Below, piece by piece: positions 38,742 through 48,071 of a stretch of DNA of 62,266 bases. The stretch is from the NCBI GenBank assembly GCA_964010795.1, contig CAXGMH010000003.1, positions 1-62,266 of the forward strand, given 5' to 3'. Position numbers and translations under genes: made by a program. The first letter of the stretch is position 1; every line of letters begins with the position of its first letter. The stretch is from an uncultured Alphaproteobacteria bacterium (GTDB taxonomy: Bacteria; Pseudomonadota; Alphaproteobacteria; Micavibrionales; UBA9664). The notes under the pieces are model-generated. The model was given only the letters and a program-made list of their open reading frames with translations. It searched no databases and was not told where the DNA came from.

Positions 38742-40514
38742 CTAAGCCATAATATTGACACGTAGATGGCCTGTTCTCGGATCGACAAAAACTTCGGTCA
38801 TTTGTGTCTCGACAAGGTCGCCTGATCCTGCATTTTCAGTCATGCCTGAATTATTCTGGCTGCTTCGATTGCCGCCATTGTCATTGCCGTTATTCGCGCT
38901 GTCTTGTGATGCAAGGTCAAAGCTCAGATTATCGCCCGAAGCATCAAGCCCCATTTCGCCAAGTGCTTTGGTTAAGACCTGCTGGTCACGTTGTAACATC
39001 AGCAATGCTTCAGGTTTTTCTGCAACAATTTTTGCGTGCATCTCTTTGTTTTTGCCCATTGTCAGCTCGACCGAGACTTTACCCAGCTGTGGCGGATCCA
39101 TAGCAATGGTGAATTTACTATCACCCTGGCTGTTGGCTGCGTGACGCTGGATTTGAACGGCCATATGTTCGCTGGACGGATGTGGCCGCCCTGCGGCTTG
39201 TGGGTGTGCTGTCGTCGGATTCGCAAGAGCCTGAGCCGAAAGTCCGCCTGCATTCAAGCCGTTATTGTTCAACGTTTGTCCGCCATTCATTTGTGCGCCT
39301 GCATCATCGGGCAGTCCGGTTGCACTTGCACCTTGAGGAAGGTTGAAGAAGTTATCCGTACTAAATGGATCGGCTGCACTTGGAATAGGGGGCAGAGGGT
39401 TTGTGTTTGTGGGTGCGCTTTGTAAGGACGCCGTTTCATTCGGCATGGAGGCGTTTGCCTGTGACTGCCCCTGTGCGCCTGCTGCACCGGCTAACAGGCC
39501 GGCCTGCATTCCATTTCCTTCGCCGTTAACGGCTGATCCGTTGCGGCCATTTGCCGCGCGCCCGCCTGCATTGGCGGCATTACCTGCGGCATTTTGAAGT
39601 GCAGCCTCAGAAGGTTGGAATAGGGGGGCATCTTTACCGCTAAAGCCAATGATGAGGCCGCCATTTGTGGCTTGTGCTAATTCCTGATCTGCCAGCTGTG
39701 TGAGTTGGCTCATTTCTTCCAAAGTCACTCCGGAGGTCAGTAATAGCGCTTGTTTTAGTGTTTCTCCCTGATTGGAGTTAATAAGACTTTGCGCATCAGC
39801 ACTAAGTGTGCCTTGCTGTTGTGCGCCATTTTCAGCACCAAGCGCGTCCAGAGTCTGAAGTGCTTTACTAATGGCCTCGGTAAGCGTGCCGGGGGTCAGG
39901 CGTGCGCTGAGTAGGTCTTCTTGCGCGTGGAACTGTCCCGCGTTATCAACGGCACGTGCATTGGCGAAGGCTTGCTCGATGGCAATACGGGATACGGTTT
40001 GATTCAAATCATCACGACTGGCGCCCATTTGTTGCAACAGTGAGTCGATGCGGTCCATGCCACGCCCTGAGGCTGCAGTGTTGACTGCGCCGTTAAGTGA
40101 TGCAGTACTCCCTGCAGTGCTGGTTGTTGCGGAAGAGTTCGTCGTGGTCGGGTTTGATTGATTTTCAAGTAGGCCAGATAGAAACGCACGCAGCTTTAGC
40201 GCGGCTTCGTTGAGTGTTGTCTGGTTGTTGCTGATATTGGCTGTTTTGGCGCTTAAGCCTGTTTCGTTCCGACTTAGTAAGGCCTGCATATGCTCGCTGA
40301 GCTGGTTTGATAAATGGCCAGCTAATTGCCCTGTTTGTGTCAGGGCGCCACTGGATTGAGCGCTGTTTACCTGAGATAACAACAAAGTTAAAAAATGCGT
40401 TTGTCCTTCCAGCCCGATATTATGCATACCATTTGCGGCCATGGCAGAGCTTGCCGCAGCCTGACTCTGGCCTGCGGAGTTTTGCGTCACTATCATGAGA
40501 GGAGAGGTCGACAT
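38742..40514 (-). CDS. fliK: Flagellar hook-length control protein
   Basis: Low-complexity N-terminus; C-terminal MDPPQLGKV...LQRD..L domain. Confidence 0.8.
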   Translation of the reverse strand: MSTSPLMIVTQNSAGQSQAAASSAMAANGMHNIGLEGQTHFLTLLLSQVNSAQSSGALTQTGQLAGHLSNQLSEHMQALLSRNETGLSAKTANISNNQTTLNEAALKLRAFLSGLLENQSNPTTTNSSATTSTAGSTASLNGAVNTAASGRGMDRIDSLLQQMGASRDDLNQTVSRIAIEQAFANARAVDNAGQFHAQEDLLSARLTPGTLTEAISKALQTLDALGAENGAQQQGTLSADAQSLINSNQGETLKQALLLTSGVTLEEMSQLTQLADQELAQATNGGLIIGFSGKDAPLFQPSEAALQNAAGNAANAGGRAANGRNGSAVNGEGNGMQAGLLAGAAGAQGQSQANASMPNETASLQSAPTNTNPLPPIPSAADPFSTDNFFNLPQGASATGLPDDAGAQMNGGQTLNNNGLNAGGLSAQALANPTTAHPQAAGRPHPSSEHMAVQIQRHAANSQGDSKFTIAMDPPQLGKVSVELTMGKNKEMHAKIVAEKPEALLMLQRDQQVLTKALGEMGLDASGDNLSFDLASQDSANNGNDNGGNRSSQNNSGMTENAGSGDLVETQMTEVFVDPRTGHLRVNIMA

Positions 40515-40578
40515 TTCTTTTATCCTTTGTTCATCTTTTCCTTTTATTCACCCGGTGTTTTACAGCCGTTTACGGGGA

Positions 40579-41094
40579 TTAATAGGCGCCATCCGTAACG
40601 CCTGCGGGGATCGTTGTTTTTCGCCCGCCGATTTGTCCTCTGGCGTTATAAGTGCCGGCCTCTTGTTCAATATCTTTGAGGGCGGCCTTTGCTATGCGCT
40701 CGGAAACGCGCTTGGCAGAAATCTGTGCGGATTTGAGAGCGAACAGGTTTTTCTTTAATACGTGCTGGAAAGTATCAGTAGCAGCTTTTAGGCGTTCTTT
40801 AAGTGAAGAGCTCGATATTTGTTTGAAGTCGGCTTGCTTGTCTGTCATTGAGCGCAAAAGACGCTCATATTCTTTGGCGACTTCCATTTTTTGCTCTTGA
40901 AGTTCAGCTACATCGGAAAGCTTGCCTTCGGATAAAAGGCTGGTTTCGTTGCGCAGCAATTCATCAAAATTATCGATCATCTCAAGCAGTTGTTCCGCCA
41001 TGATATCGATTTCTGTTTGTGGCGCTTTACTATGTGCCTCTTCGGACACGTCTGCGACTTGCGATGGTGTCTTTGTATGTGTTTTATCTAACAT
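40579..41094 (-). CDS. FlgN-like flagellar export chaperone
   Basis: Helical protein after flgJ, TYNARG motif. Confidence 0.6.
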   Translation of the reverse strand: MLDKTHTKTPSQVADVSEEAHSKAPQTEIDIMAEQLLEMIDNFDELLRNETSLLSEGKLSDVAELQEQKMEVAKEYERLLRSMTDKQADFKQISSSSLKERLKAATDTFQHVLKKNLFALKSAQISAKRVSERIAKAALKDIEQEAGTYNARGQIGGRKTTIPAGVTDGAY

Positions 41095-41174
41095 ATCAGT
41101 ATCCTTCCTGTTTGTTTATCGCCGCTTTCATTCCCGAAATTGGCGTCTTGTTTTGTGTTTAGCCTAAAGTCTCC

Positions 41175-41594
41175 TTATTTATCGCCCTCGCTTTGCTGGT
41201 AAGTCTGTGCAGCAGATTGCGGTGGCACAGCCTTTTGGCGGGTTTGCAAATCGATAAGCTGATCCTTTAGGTGGTCAGCCAGACCAATACCGCCTTGGGA
41301 TGCAAGAACTTTGCCGTATTCCTGAACGAGATGGCTTTTATAAACATCTTGCGCGGAGCTTTTATCGCCGTTCATCGGATCAAAACTGACATCCTTGAAC
41401 ATATGATTGAGCATCTCCGAGAGAAACACTGCCTCATAGTCTTGAGACGCTTTCTCAATTTGATGCATCTGCTCGGGCGTCAGATTTTCTGCCTTGGCAG
41501 CTGCCTCCAGTCTTTTGCGTTCAAATCCTGCCATCGCGTCACGCGATTGCATAAGCGACTGGCTAATCATGTTTTGCATTCCAATTCCGTCCAT
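41175..41594 (-). CDS. flgJ: Rod-binding protein (FlgJ N-terminal domain)
   Basis: DYEAVFLSEML, GGIGLAD. Confidence 0.8.
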   Translation of the reverse strand: MDGIGMQNMISQSLMQSRDAMAGFERKRLEAAAKAENLTPEQMHQIEKASQDYEAVFLSEMLNHMFKDVSFDPMNGDKSSAQDVYKSHLVQEYGKVLASQGGIGLADHLKDQLIDLQTRQKAVPPQSAAQTYQQSEGDK

Positions 41595-41599
41595 AGCGA

Positions 41600-42841
41600 C
41601 TACATCACCTCAATCTCGGCCTGCAAAGCGCCTGCAGATTTAATGGCTTGCAGGATCGTGATAATGTCGCGCGGTCCTACGCCAAGGGCATTCAGACCAG
41701 TGACCAGGTCTTGCAGGGTTAGTGTTTCGTTCAAAATTCCGAGTTGTGTATTGTCCTCTTCGATTTGTATATTCGTTCTGGGCACTGTAACTGTCTCACC
41801 AGCTTGGGCAAAGGCACCGGGTTGAGAGACTTGCGGGCTTTCTGTGACGCGGATTGTCAGGTTGCCTTGTGCAATCGCAACAGTGTTAATTTTAACTTCT
41901 GAGCCCATCACGATAATGCCGGAGCTTTCATCAATAACCACACGGGCAATCTGATCCGGCTCGACGGTGAGTTGCTCAATATCGGCGATCAAATCAATAA
42001 CATTACGCTTTTGCTCGATGACTTCTTCAATATTGTCTTCGACATCCTGATCGAAAGGTAGGTTCACGCGTACGGAGGCCGAGCTTTCGACATGGGCGAG
42101 GTCTTCTTCGAGGAATGCGTTAATGCGTTCCGCTATGCGACGTGCCGTCGTAAAGTCGGGGTTGCGCAGAGCAAGCGAAAGAGAGCGCATCTCTGCAAGG
42201 TCGTAGTCGACTTCTTTTTCAATGATGGCACCATTGGGGATACGGCCTGAGGTTGGGACGTTCTGGGTAACTGTTTCGGCATCACCGCCAGCTGAGAAGC
42301 CTGCAATAGCCACAGGGCCTTGTGCAACGGCATAGACGTTACCATCCGCACCCATAAGAGGCGTTACAAGAAGTGTTCCTCCGCGCAAAGATTGTGCATC
42401 ACCCATTGCCGAGATTGATACGTCAATACGCGAGCCGAGTCCCGCGAATGGAGGAAGAGTTGCCGTAACCATCACGGCTGCAACGTTTCCTGTATTGAGG
42501 TTCTGGCCGCGAACATTCACGCCAAGACGGTCTAACATTCCGATCAGGGATTGCTGTGTAAATGGTGCGTTATTCAGGCTGTCACCCGTGCCGTTCAATC
42601 CGACGACAAGACCGTAACCGATTAAAAGGTTGTCACGAACACCTTCGAAATTCACGATATCTTTAATACGCACAAGTGCGGCATTTGCCGATTTTATCGG
42701 GGCTGCCATCAAAAACAGGATAAGGAACGGGATCAAAAGTGCCCAGATCATTTTGTACATTATACGTGCGCGCCGATTGGTGAAGTCACGAATGAGCGGT
42801 GCGAAAAACTCTTTAAATGTAATGTCTTTGCGGTCGGCCAT
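41600..42841 (-). CDS. flgI: Flagellar P-ring protein
   Basis: RIKDI, GYGLVVGLNGTGD, NVAAVMVTA, SLRGGTL; start placed downstream of the sigma54 promoter. Confidence 0.95.
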   Translation of the reverse strand: MADRKDITFKEFFAPLIRDFTNRRARIMYKMIWALLIPFLILFLMAAPIKSANAALVRIKDIVNFEGVRDNLLIGYGLVVGLNGTGDSLNNAPFTQQSLIGMLDRLGVNVRGQNLNTGNVAAVMVTATLPPFAGLGSRIDVSISAMGDAQSLRGGTLLVTPLMGADGNVYAVAQGPVAIAGFSAGGDAETVTQNVPTSGRIPNGAIIEKEVDYDLAEMRSLSLALRNPDFTTARRIAERINAFLEEDLAHVESSASVRVNLPFDQDVEDNIEEVIEQKRNVIDLIADIEQLTVEPDQIARVVIDESSGIIVMGSEVKINTVAIAQGNLTIRVTESPQVSQPGAFAQAGETVTVPRTNIQIEEDNTQLGILNETLTLQDLVTGLNALGVGPRDIITILQAIKSAGALQAEIEVM

Positions 42842-42894
42842 GGTTTTACCTGCCCTTATTCTTGTTATAAAGTTCTTACGTTGCCCTTTATATA

Positions 42895-42910
42895 TGCGAG
42901 AACCATGCCA
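42895..42910 (-). promoter_or_regulatory. sigma54 promoter for flgI operon
   Basis: TGGCAT-GGTTC-TCGCA. Confidence 0.7.
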
Positions 42911-42918
42911 TTTTGTTA

Positions 42919-43073
42919 TACGCTCAAGTGGCACTTCACGTAAGGCGTTCAGACGTCACGCAGGCTTTTCGCGAAACCGTTCGCGGCAGACAGTCGTCTG
43001 CTTGAGCAGAGACCAAGGGCGCGATCGCGTCCCGCCGACAGTTCGGCGAAAAGCTTGACGCCACTTGAGCGTA
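42919..43073. mobile_element. MITE-like structured element, full copy
   Basis: 14-bp terminal inverted repeats tacgctcaagtggc / gccacttgagcgta with TA ends; internal hairpins; second copy at 25 kb. Confidence 0.7.
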
Positions 43074-43149
43074 ATAAGCCGCTCGGCAATTCTTTCCTAT
43101 TGGAAGGCCTATGCGTTTTTTGCTATACTGAATATAGAAGGTGATAGCT

Positions 43150-43611
43150 ATGAAAGTATCCGGTCCCAAAGGCCCTAATAAGACACAAAATACGAAAAAA
43201 TCTGGTAAAAAGGGTGATTCATCCGGCCTATCCGGTTTTTCTGCGTTGATAAGTACGGCTGCCGGAGATGCCGAGGCAGCAACAGCAAGCAAAAGCATCG
43301 CCTCGGTGAATAGTCTTTTGTCCGTTCAGGAGACGGATGATCCGGCCAAGCGCGCTGCGAAACAACGTATGGCCAAGCGCGGGCATGATATTTTGGATGC
43401 GCTGGAGCAAATTAAAATGGCTCTTATTAACGGTAACTTGCGTTATTCCCATTTGGAAAATATTGGGGATATGGTCGCACGCAACCGTGAACGCATAGAT
43501 GACCCTGAAATGGCGGCTTTGCTTGATGAGATCGATCTGCGCGCGCAGGTTGAAATAGCTAAGCTCGAGGTTGCTAAAGAGGCCGCTTTACGCCAGATGA
43601 ATATGGGATGA
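43150..43611 (+). CDS. fliX: Flagellar regulator FliX
   Basis: RGHDILDALE, LDEIDLRAQVEIAK; divergent from flgI. Confidence 0.85.
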   Translation: MKVSGPKGPNKTQNTKKSGKKGDSSGLSGFSALISTAAGDAEAATASKSIASVNSLLSVQETDDPAKRAAKQRMAKRGHDILDALEQIKMALINGNLRYSHLENIGDMVARNRERIDDPEMAALLDEIDLRAQVEIAKLEVAKEAALRQMNMG

Positions 43612-43615
43612 TTTT

Positions 43616-44371
43616 CTATCGCGCAATAAGCACGTGGTAAAATTGAAATAAGCCTCGATTGCCACCGACATCATTGCGTTCTAGGCATCCTGATGATTTG
43701 CCGCTCGGGAACGTATCATTGCCAATGGAGGCTGTTACACCTTGTAGGCTGTATGTCCCTCTAAAAAAGTCTTGGTTGCTATATCCATACCATGCGACTT
43801 GTTCACTAATTGAGCTATTATCGATGCCTAGTTGATTGTTAATGGCAAAACAGACTTCCTTCTTGAGCAGGCCTAATTTTATAAGAAGTTCTGAAGACTC
43901 GGCGCCGCCAGGGTTCAGGCCAATATCTGTGATAGGTAATTCGCCTGTGAAGACGTAATAGCCTAGATGTGTTTCATAGGTAGTGTTGATAAAGGATGTA
44001 AGCAGCCAGCTAGCTTTGGGTGCAATTTTTTGTAGCGCTCCACCCGCTGAATGGAAGACATGGCAAGAGAAATCACTTGGGGCGTTTGGGTTGTGGTAAT
44101 CGTCATCAGCATCATACCAATTTCCGTCGCCATCCGAGTCTGCGGCAAAGCTGATCTGTGTGTCGCGGCAGCCATTGCTAAGGCGAAGACGTGTGACTGT
44201 TTGCTCAACAAGTGTAGCGTATTGCGTGATTTGTGCGGCATCGGTGATGGCGTTTTCTGCTGCTGCGTCTCTCCCACTTGAACGTGAAGATTGTGTTACG
44301 GCATAGCTAAGCGCGGCAAACAATGCGATGGCTAATAGGATCAGGAATAGGACATTTCCTTTGTTTGACAT
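43616..44371 (-). CDS. Pilin-like protein
   Basis: MSNKG|NVLFLILLAIALFAALSYAVTQS; Cys pairs; ends FYHVLIAR. Confidence 0.8.
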   Translation of the reverse strand: MSNKGNVLFLILLAIALFAALSYAVTQSSRSSGRDAAAENAITDAAQITQYATLVEQTVTRLRLSNGCRDTQISFAADSDGDGNWYDADDDYHNPNAPSDFSCHVFHSAGGALQKIAPKASWLLTSFINTTYETHLGYYVFTGELPITDIGLNPGGAESSELLIKLGLLKKEVCFAINNQLGIDNSSISEQVAWYGYSNQDFFRGTYSLQGVTASIGNDTFPSGKSSGCLERNDVGGNRGLFQFYHVLIAR

Positions 44372-44999
44372 CTTAACGCTCTTCCAGCACATAGTAGAAA
44401 TGTCTGGGTTGCGAGCCGTCATCCCAGCAGCCAATTGGTTTTCCGGCGAGTTCAGGTGCTTGGTCACCAATCATACCTGTTACTGAAAAGGTTCCTATAA
44501 ACGCTGCGGCACTTCCGACCGTGTCATTTCCGGTGTAACGCGAAAAACTATAAAGTTTTTCAAACAGGTGTTGGCAGATCTCTGGCGTTATAGAGTGCAC
44601 AAGCATTGTTAGCTCAGGAGCTGATGTGCCGATGCCTTCTATTCTTATCGCTCCTGTAAAAAAAGGATGTTCTTCTTGGTAAGAGAGCTCGATGCCTCTG
44701 TATCTGATACCACCACCATCAGTATGAAAGACCTTGCATTTATTCTCTGCTGGCGGGGTGTGCGTGTAAGGATTGGATGCCGCGCCTTCGAAAGAGATAT
44801 CACTGGCTTTACAGTTGTTTGATAGTCTTAACCTTTGGATAATCGTGGATATGTTGGCTGCGTATTGCATGATTTGTGCGGCATCGGTGATGGCGTTTTC
44901 TGCTGCTGCGTCTCTCCCACTTGAACGTGAAGATTGTGTTACGGCATAGCTAAGCACGGCAAACAATGCGATGGCTAATAGGATCAGGAATAGGACATT
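44227..44999. repeat. 130-bp direct repeat (44227-44356 and 44870-44999)
   Basis: One mismatch between copies; encodes the pilin N-terminal helix. Confidence 0.9.
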
Positions 45000-45011
45000 G
45001 CCTCGTTTCAT
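44373..45011 (-). CDS. Pilin-like protein
   Basis: MKRG|NVLFLILLAIALFAVLSYAVTQS; ends FYYVLEER. Confidence 0.8.
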   Translation of the reverse strand: MKRGNVLFLILLAIALFAVLSYAVTQSSRSSGRDAAAENAITDAAQIMQYAANISTIIQRLRLSNNCKASDISFEGAASNPYTHTPPAENKCKVFHTDGGGIRYRGIELSYQEEHPFFTGAIRIEGIGTSAPELTMLVHSITPEICQHLFEKLYSFSRYTGNDTVGSAAAFIGTFSVTGMIGDQAPELAGKPIGCWDDGSQPRHFYYVLEER

Positions 45012-45178
45012 GACTATGATTTTACGCTGTGTTTATAGAAAAACAACAAAAAGCAGAGATAATTATGATAATCTGCACAAAAGATAATCGCTAAAACATC
45101 TTTTTTTCTTGCTATTTTAGCCATTGTTTTTATAGTCCTTTGGCATTGCTAAAGAACATATATGTGAAGAGGATAACG

Positions 45179-45616
45179 ATGTCTGATTTGGACTCCATCA
45201 CCATTCCCCATGATTATGATCCTCGCCAGGATAAGGGCGAGTTCATGAATTCCGTTATGCAGGCTTATTTTCGCCGTGAGTTACTGAACTGGCGTGCTGA
45301 GCTTTTGAAAGAATCAAGCGATACAATCGCAAATACGTTGCAGGGTACTGAACTGCAAAAGCCTGATTTGACAGACCGTGCTTCGGAAGAGACAGATCAC
45401 GCGCTTGAGCTTCGCACACGCGACCGCGAGCGCAAGTTGATTAATAAAATCAACAAAGCTCTGGCTCGTCTTGAAGATGATGATTACGGTTATTGTGAAG
45501 AGACAGGCGAACCAATCAATGTTGCTCGCCTTATGGCTCGTCCAATCGCAACGTTGAGCATTGAAGCGCAAGAGCGTCATGAACGCAAAGAGCGCACTAT
45601 GCGTGATGAGGAATAG
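45179..45616 (+). CDS. dksA: RNA polymerase-binding protein DksA
   Basis: DLTDRA, RTRDRERKLI, YGYCEETGEPI, ARPIATL. Confidence 0.95.
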   Translation: MSDLDSITIPHDYDPRQDKGEFMNSVMQAYFRRELLNWRAELLKESSDTIANTLQGTELQKPDLTDRASEETDHALELRTRDRERKLINKINKALARLEDDDYGYCEETGEPINVARLMARPIATLSIEAQERHERKERTMRDEE

Positions 45617-45621
45617 AAATC

Positions 45622-45936
45622 ATGCATAAGGTTCTTGTTTTAGCTTTATGTTGCTTTGTTTCAGCCTGCGCTACTAAGCGATATGATCGACTTCAACCTG
45701 TCTCGGATACAGAAAAAAGATTTTATAGCTGCAGAGATATTGAAATCGAGCTTTCTAAAGTAGACGAAGCTAGAAGACAACTTGTCGAAGGTTCTGAGAT
45801 CAACGCAGCCTCAGTTGCAGGTTTTTTGGGAGACTTCGGTATTGGTAATGCGATGGAAAAAAACGAGGCAGAGAAATCTATTTTACAGCGAGAGCTAGCT
45901 CTTAAAGAACTTCGCGCAAACAAAGAGTGCCACTAG
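45622..45936 (+). CDS. Small lipoprotein
   Basis: VSAC lipobox; GDFGIGN; Cys pair. Confidence 0.7.
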   Translation: MHKVLVLALCCFVSACATKRYDRLQPVSDTEKRFYSCRDIEIELSKVDEARRQLVEGSEINAASVAGFLGDFGIGNAMEKNEAEKSILQRELALKELRANKECH

Positions 45937-46049
45937 CTCTCTATTTTGTCCGTTAACTTATCCGAAACACATTCCTTAAAGTAAATTTTTGCACCACCGC
46001 AGGCTTTTCGGACTTACGCTGGCGCCTGATAATATGCTTATACCCAAAT

Positions 46050-46160
46050 AAGAAAAACCGGCGCTGGGAAGGCCATGCGCCGGTTATAGGTAAAGGTAAG
46101 GTAGGTAAAGTAGGTAAAGGTAGTCTGCTTGCCAAAGCCTATAGCACGTAGCCTTTGGCG
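46050..46160 (-). ncRNA. Candidate 3'-UTR small RNA: hairpin, CU-rich repeats, terminator
   Basis: Hairpin 46131-46159; minus-strand CUACCUUUACCU repeats 46123-46087; stem aaccggcgc/gcgccggtt (46056-46085) followed by a U-tract. Confidence 0.5.
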
Positions 46161-46209
46161 AATTCGTTATTTTGTCTTACGTCTTTATGAGAGCCTTTCT
46201 GAACTCAAG

Positions 46210-46992
46210 TTAGAATGGGAAAATGATGTCGTAAAGCTGTTGGCCATAGCGAGGCTGCTGGACGTCAGTAATCTGTCCTTCTCCGCCATAGACGAAGCGC
46301 GCTTGTGCGATTTGGTCATAGCTGATTGTATTGCCGACCGAGATGTCTTCGGGGCGGATCACGCCATCGACTTGCAAAATACGCTTTTCGAAATTCACCA
46401 AAAGCTCTTGCTTGCCATGGATGATGAGATTGCCGTTTGGCAATGTCTGTGTGACCATGGCCGCCATACGCATTGTGATTTCTTCTTCGCGTTCGATCTC
46501 GCCACCGCCGGAATAATTTGAGGTTTGGCCGAAATTCACAAGATCCGCAGCATCAATGCCTTCGGCAAAGATCTCGTCAAGGAAGGCTTCATAGCCCATG
46601 AAGGAAGGTGCTTGCGCATCTTCGGAGCTCGAACGTCTGCGTGAAGATTCATTCTCAATCGCAGCTTCTTCGTTGATTTCAATAATGACGGTTAAGATGT
46701 CGCCAATTTCATTTGCACGCTGATCTTCAAAGAAGGTTGTGCGACTGGTCTGCCAGATCGAGTTCGGATTACGCTCTTGTACAATTTCTCTGGGCATAGG
46801 CAGGCGAACCGGTTTTTGTGATAGGCGCAAATCCGCATCATCTATGCTCGACATATCGGGTGCCGTGCCGATATTGGCGATGCGGCTGGCTGCGCCACAG
46901 GCAGTAAGGGATAGAGCTGTGGCGCCGATCAGTACGCTTTTCATTGCGGCCTTCCACAGGGCCTTGTGTGTTTTTTCATTTTTGCTTGTCAT
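46210..46992 (-). CDS. flgH: Flagellar L-ring protein
   Basis: LTAC lipobox, DQRA..GDILTV, LPNGNL, RPEDI, QQPRYGQ. Confidence 0.95.
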   Translation of the reverse strand: MTSKNEKTHKALWKAAMKSVLIGATALSLTACGAASRIANIGTAPDMSSIDDADLRLSQKPVRLPMPREIVQERNPNSIWQTSRTTFFEDQRANEIGDILTVIIEINEEAAIENESSRRRSSSEDAQAPSFMGYEAFLDEIFAEGIDAADLVNFGQTSNYSGGGEIEREEEITMRMAAMVTQTLPNGNLIIHGKQELLVNFEKRILQVDGVIRPEDISVGNTISYDQIAQARFVYGGEGQITDVQQPRYGQQLYDIIFPF

Positions 46993-47029
46993 CTGTCTTC
47001 TCCTTTACCTGAAGAGTGGTCATTTTCTT

Positions 47030-48013
47030 TTAATGGCTGACCTTGACCGTATTTTCTGCTGTGACAAAGGCGTCTACTGTGCGGTTGCTTTTTAAGTTAA
47101 CGACACGGATATTGTCACCTTCTGCACCGTTTTGCAGGGCTTTTCCGACTGTTGTCAGGTTCAAGACACCGGCGGAATATTGCATAGTGACACGATCTCC
47201 ACGTTTTACGATATGCGGGCGGACGATGTCGGCTGCTTGTATCGCTTGTCCTTCGATCAGGATGCGGCGCGGTGTCATGCCAATCAGGTCTGCTTCGTCC
47301 AGAACCATATCGGCGCTTACTTGATATTCGGCCAGTTCGATCATCTTGATATCGGCCGGTTCGATCACCTCATTGCGACGGATGCGACGGTTCACGACTG
47401 GGACTTCAACCAGATATTCAAGCTTGCCTGTAATGTCGAGGCGCTTGACGGGCGCCCCGCTGGCAGGGGCTACAACTGTTGCGTGAAAACGGCTTGTATT
47501 GCGGTCCAGTGCGATGTTTTCAACGCGTACCGTGTCCATATAATGGCCGGGCAAAACGAGATCTTGACGCACGGGGTCGATAGAAAAGCGGTGCTCACCA
47601 TGGATCGCTTGGTCGCGCAATGCTGCTTTGACGGCATCTTCGATGCGCTCTGCTTCGATAATCGTGGCTGCACGAGAAATCACAACCTGTTCGTAATTGT
47701 TGCGAGACTGCCAATCCAGACCGAATGTGCGGGCAAGTTTGCGCAAAGTCGGTGCGTTCAAGACAACGTTGCGTCCGATCTCAGGTGCAGGGCCAAGGAT
47801 GTAGTTTGCGGCCTGTGTTCCCTCGATACCGGAAAAGACATGGCCAAGGCGGATATGCTCTTCCGATATCTCTACATTAGGGTTCAAGATCGCTGCATTT
47901 GCAATGGATGAGATATAGAGCAACATGGCGCCGATCATCACACCGCTCATCACCAACACCTTGAAGGCGATGCGCAAATGGCTCAGTGTTTTTTTCAATA
48001 GGCTCGGTTTCAT
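47030..48013 (-). CDS. flgA: P-ring formation chaperone
   Basis: SAF domain, VKRGDRV, GKALQNG..GD.IRV.N. Confidence 0.9.
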   Translation of the reverse strand: MKPSLLKKTLSHLRIAFKVLVMSGVMIGAMLLYISSIANAAILNPNVEISEEHIRLGHVFSGIEGTQAANYILGPAPEIGRNVVLNAPTLRKLARTFGLDWQSRNNYEQVVISRAATIIEAERIEDAVKAALRDQAIHGEHRFSIDPVRQDLVLPGHYMDTVRVENIALDRNTSRFHATVVAPASGAPVKRLDITGKLEYLVEVPVVNRRIRRNEVIEPADIKMIELAEYQVSADMVLDEADLIGMTPRRILIEGQAIQAADIVRPHIVKRGDRVTMQYSAGVLNLTTVGKALQNGAEGDNIRVVNLKSNRTVDAFVTAENTVKVSH

Positions 48014-48071
48014 GATGCTTTCTCCATTTACCTTTCTTTATGCGTTACAACCTTTGGGCTATATCACCTGA

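Noticed and set aside
42842-42934. N-terminal extension of FlgI in the ORF track
   Set aside because: Overlaps the sigma54 promoter and the MITE end; a downstream ATG is more plausible
42936-43298. 120-aa minus-strand ORF
   Set aside because: Shadow of fliX and the repeat element; no recognisable protein features
44372-44470. Longer start for the pilin-like gene
   Set aside because: Lies inside the upstream paralogue; the family N-terminus begins at 44371
45998-46010. cgcaggcttttcg matching the MITE-like repeat
   Set aside because: Only 13 bp and no flanking similarity; likely chance
45953-46135. 60-aa ORF with LPT repeats
   Set aside because: Peptide repeats come from the nucleotide repeat and the frame crosses a terminator; read as RNA instead, though a leader peptide is not excluded
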